From: Dimorphilus gyrociliatus
Lineage: Eukaryota > Animalia > Annelida
NCBI GenBank assembly: GCA_904063045.1
Contig: CAJFCJ010000017.1
Coordinates: 248,001 to 312,000, forward strand
Direction of reading: 5' to 3'
DNA length: 64,000 nt
In this document: positions 61,211-64,000 of the stretch, piece after piece
Position numbering within the stretch: position 1 is the stretch's first letter
How the letters are laid out: every line of letters starts with the position of its first letter
The notes under the pieces: model-generated
What the model was told of the DNA's origin: nothing
Seen by the model: only the letters and a program-made list of their open reading frames with translations
Databases searched by the model: none
Program-made: the position numbers and the translations under genes

Positions 61211-63691
61211 TTACATACATGTACAAATGCCAGACTTCTTATCTGAGCCTTGCCTTGACGCTTTACCCTTTGGAGTATTCTTGGTTTCGTTGTTATCATT
61301 GCCAATTTTGCATTTTTGATTATTATCATCTTTTCCGTACGCCTTATCATTCTTATAATCATCTTTCAGAGAACTGGTCCTCGAAACTCTGTATAATAAA
61401 ATGATTAGTTTAAAATAATAGTAATAGCAAGCGACATTACTCTGAATTGCTCCTAATCAAAATTGGTATCCTCTTCATTTGTTCAGTGTAAATATCGTAC
61501 ACAATTTTCTTCGATTCCAAAACTGTATTCAGGGAAAACTCTTGAATATTTTCAAGATATAAATCTCCTTTAATTCCTTGATCCCTTTGCAATTTTTGTA
61601 ACAATTCTTTAGCTTTATCGTTTTCTCTTCTGAAAATCTTTTTGAAAATTTCCAACATGCTGGGGAATTCATCCAATAAAATCTTCCATTCTCCAGCTAA
61701 TTGGTTAGGTAAAGATTGGTAACCTTTCAATGATGCTTCAATATTCAAACCAAGTTTACACAGATATTCATCAGATATTGATTGCAATTTGTGTGAAGAG
61801 GCGTCTCTCGATTCGTAAAAGTCTTTCAAGCAATCGTAACCGAATGAGTTAAATGTTTGAACTATTTTATATGGAACAAGTCCAATTTGTCCGTAAAACT
61901 TTAAAAGTGCAACTGTTGTCCTCATGATAAACATTCCATTTATAATTTTAATGGTCTTCTTTCTTTCATTGACAATACTTTGGACATCAACTTGTCTCAG
62001 CATTTTTCCCTGGTGTTTAAACTGCAGCGCACTTGTAACATTTCTCTCGGCTCCATCGAAACATTTCGAAAGGCTTTCAATGGAAAGAAATGAAGAATCT
62101 CTTAAAAATTGTCCAATAGTATTATCGAATCTATCATAAAAACAATCTATAATTTGTTTTCGTAATTCTGTGGATTGCGATTTTATATCTTTCAAAGCTT
62201 TATCTATATGTTCATTTATTGTGGATGAAAACATTTTCTTATCTTTTTCATTGTCCATTCTTTCTTCTTCGAATAACTCTTTCGATTTTTGATGATATTT
62301 CTTACGTAATTCTCTTCCACGATTTTCAATTTCACTATCATCTATGTCCATTGGAACACATTCACAAGACAACTCTACAGTTTCCTCTTCCAAATCCTTA
62401 AAGATGTCTTCTGCTGTATTTCTAACTTTTCTATACGACAACAATTCCCTCACCGATCTGGGATTTTTGATTCTATCGTTTGTTTCCAGATTTTGTAAGA
62501 CTTTCTCGATATTTTCTAATATTTCTGGTCCAGTTCTTGCCATATTTAATATTTTATCACAAAACTCGAAAAGATCTCCAACAAACGCTTCCATTGCAGT
62601 TCTGAAATTATCTCCGAAATCTGTAATATACAAAAATTCATTGATTTAATGATTATCTTCCATTTAAAATTGTTTATTTACCGTTCAAGTTGATTTCATC
62701 ATTTTCCTGATCATCCAATCTTGGATTAGGTAACAAAGAAAATTTCGTTTCTTTCCGCCAAATGTTCTTCAGAGTTTGACCTAAATCTTCGTAATTCTTT
62801 TAATGATATACCGTTAATTATCAATGAAATAATAATACGAAGACAAAAATCCCATTACCTCAAGCTGTTTTGCTTTGAATTCATCATTGAATATGCCATG
62901 CTTATACTTATCTCTCTTACTTCTGTCTCTTAGAACAAATAAAAGATTCTGAAGTAGGAAGATAAAAGGCTATTTAAGTAATATCACTTTCATATATAAA
63001 TTAATCTTACTGAAAAATTTTTCAGCTCATTCTCCGATCGATTCTCAACACTTATCATTAAACAATGCTAAAAAAAACGTCATTCTAATATCATTTTCTT
63101 ATCAATTTTAATAACCCAATCAACTTACACAAAGGGCTTCTGTTTCGGACTCTTTTAATACTTCCTTTGTATTTAAAATAGTTAGTGATGAAACGTGAAG
63201 TAATATTGAAAAAATCAATAAATCATTAATCTGTAATTTTTCAGGACTGTCTAAACCCTGCGAATCCACGAACAGTATGTGGTAACCCTTCCTATGTATA
63301 ATATATTGAATGAGAAAAAAAAAGCTAATGGATAAACTTAAAACAAAAGAAACCTTTCAACTGAAAAAGGCCAGATATCGATTCCTGTGGAATATAAGAT
63401 TAATCTGAGACGGTTGTTAATTAAGTCAAAAACAGAAAATAAACCTTTTGTGACAGATGCATGATTCTCGTCGTATCGAGCATGAAATCGATTTTCAACT
63501 TTATCCGCCGAAGAATACAAGTAATGAAGAATAAGATTTAACAAAGTACTCTTTCCACTTCTTAATACCCCAGTTATACTAATAACAATACATTTCTTGT
63601 CCCTACACTCCTTCCGTAGAAAATCAATAGCTGATATATTCAATTTCGGAGTATTATTTTCATCAATTTTTAACAAATTTATCGCAGACAT
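61211..63691 (-). CDS. Atlastin/GBP-superfamily GTPase with C-terminal CaaX motif
   Basis: G1 GVLRSGKSTLLN, TKG, LFVDSQG, FVLRD. A 52-nt GT-AG intron (61389-61440) joins in frame to a last exon ending ...KGKASRQGSDKKSGICTCM-TAA (stop 61211-61213). Confidence 0.87.
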
Positions 63692-64000
63692 TATCTACGA
63701 GTGCCAACAAAATCTTTATAACAACCTACTTTCACTATACGATGAATATATGAAAAAACCATGGTTAGAATTATACATCAATAATAGTTTTAACCATACT
63801 TGTCTATAAAAAAACGGATACTTCTGATAGAAAGAATGCTACTTGGTGTTTATATTATAACAACGTTAAAACTATAATAACACCCTTAATATTTGGATAT
63901 TTATTTGCTTACTTTGAATAAGCAAATCAATATTTTATTTATTATTAATCATACAAAAAAAACATTCCTTTTCACTTATAACAAACAATAATAAATTTAA

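Overview
Eukaryotic, very AT-rich animal DNA with a compact gene layout and short GT-AG introns (mostly about 50-80 nt). The gene content looks lophotrochozoan; a compact-genome annelid is plausible but this is inference only. There are no prokaryotic features, CRISPR arrays or rRNA/tRNA genes that I can support. The window is a dense cluster of rapidly evolving, defence- or sensing-type genes. It holds three ZYG-11/ZER1-like LRR genes, two orphan multi-pass membrane genes, a secreted 2xSUEL-lectin + 7xShKT protein, and a large CxxC-repeat/Ly6 GPI-type surface protein. It also holds four GRL101-like LDLa-LRR-7TM receptors, two orphan 4-TM genes, an intronless NACHT-LRR (NLR), a captured BEL/Pao fragment, a catalytically eroded BED-hAT gene, and an inverted pair of atlastin/GBP-superfamily GTPases. 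Two results stand out after hand-splicing exons that the ORF track splits or misses. (1) All four receptors continue past TM7 into a conserved, truncated pseudokinase-like tail whose catalytic-loop spacing matches receptor guanylyl cyclase kinase-homology domains, i.e. GPCR-pseudokinase fusions; they also carry an unrecognised, copy-number-variable N-terminal module. (2) One atlastin-type GTPase lacks the transmembrane hairpin and gains a spliced last exon ending in a CaaX box (KKSGICTCM-stop), a GBP-like design. All exon structures and domain calls are by eye, without HMM searches or transcript data.
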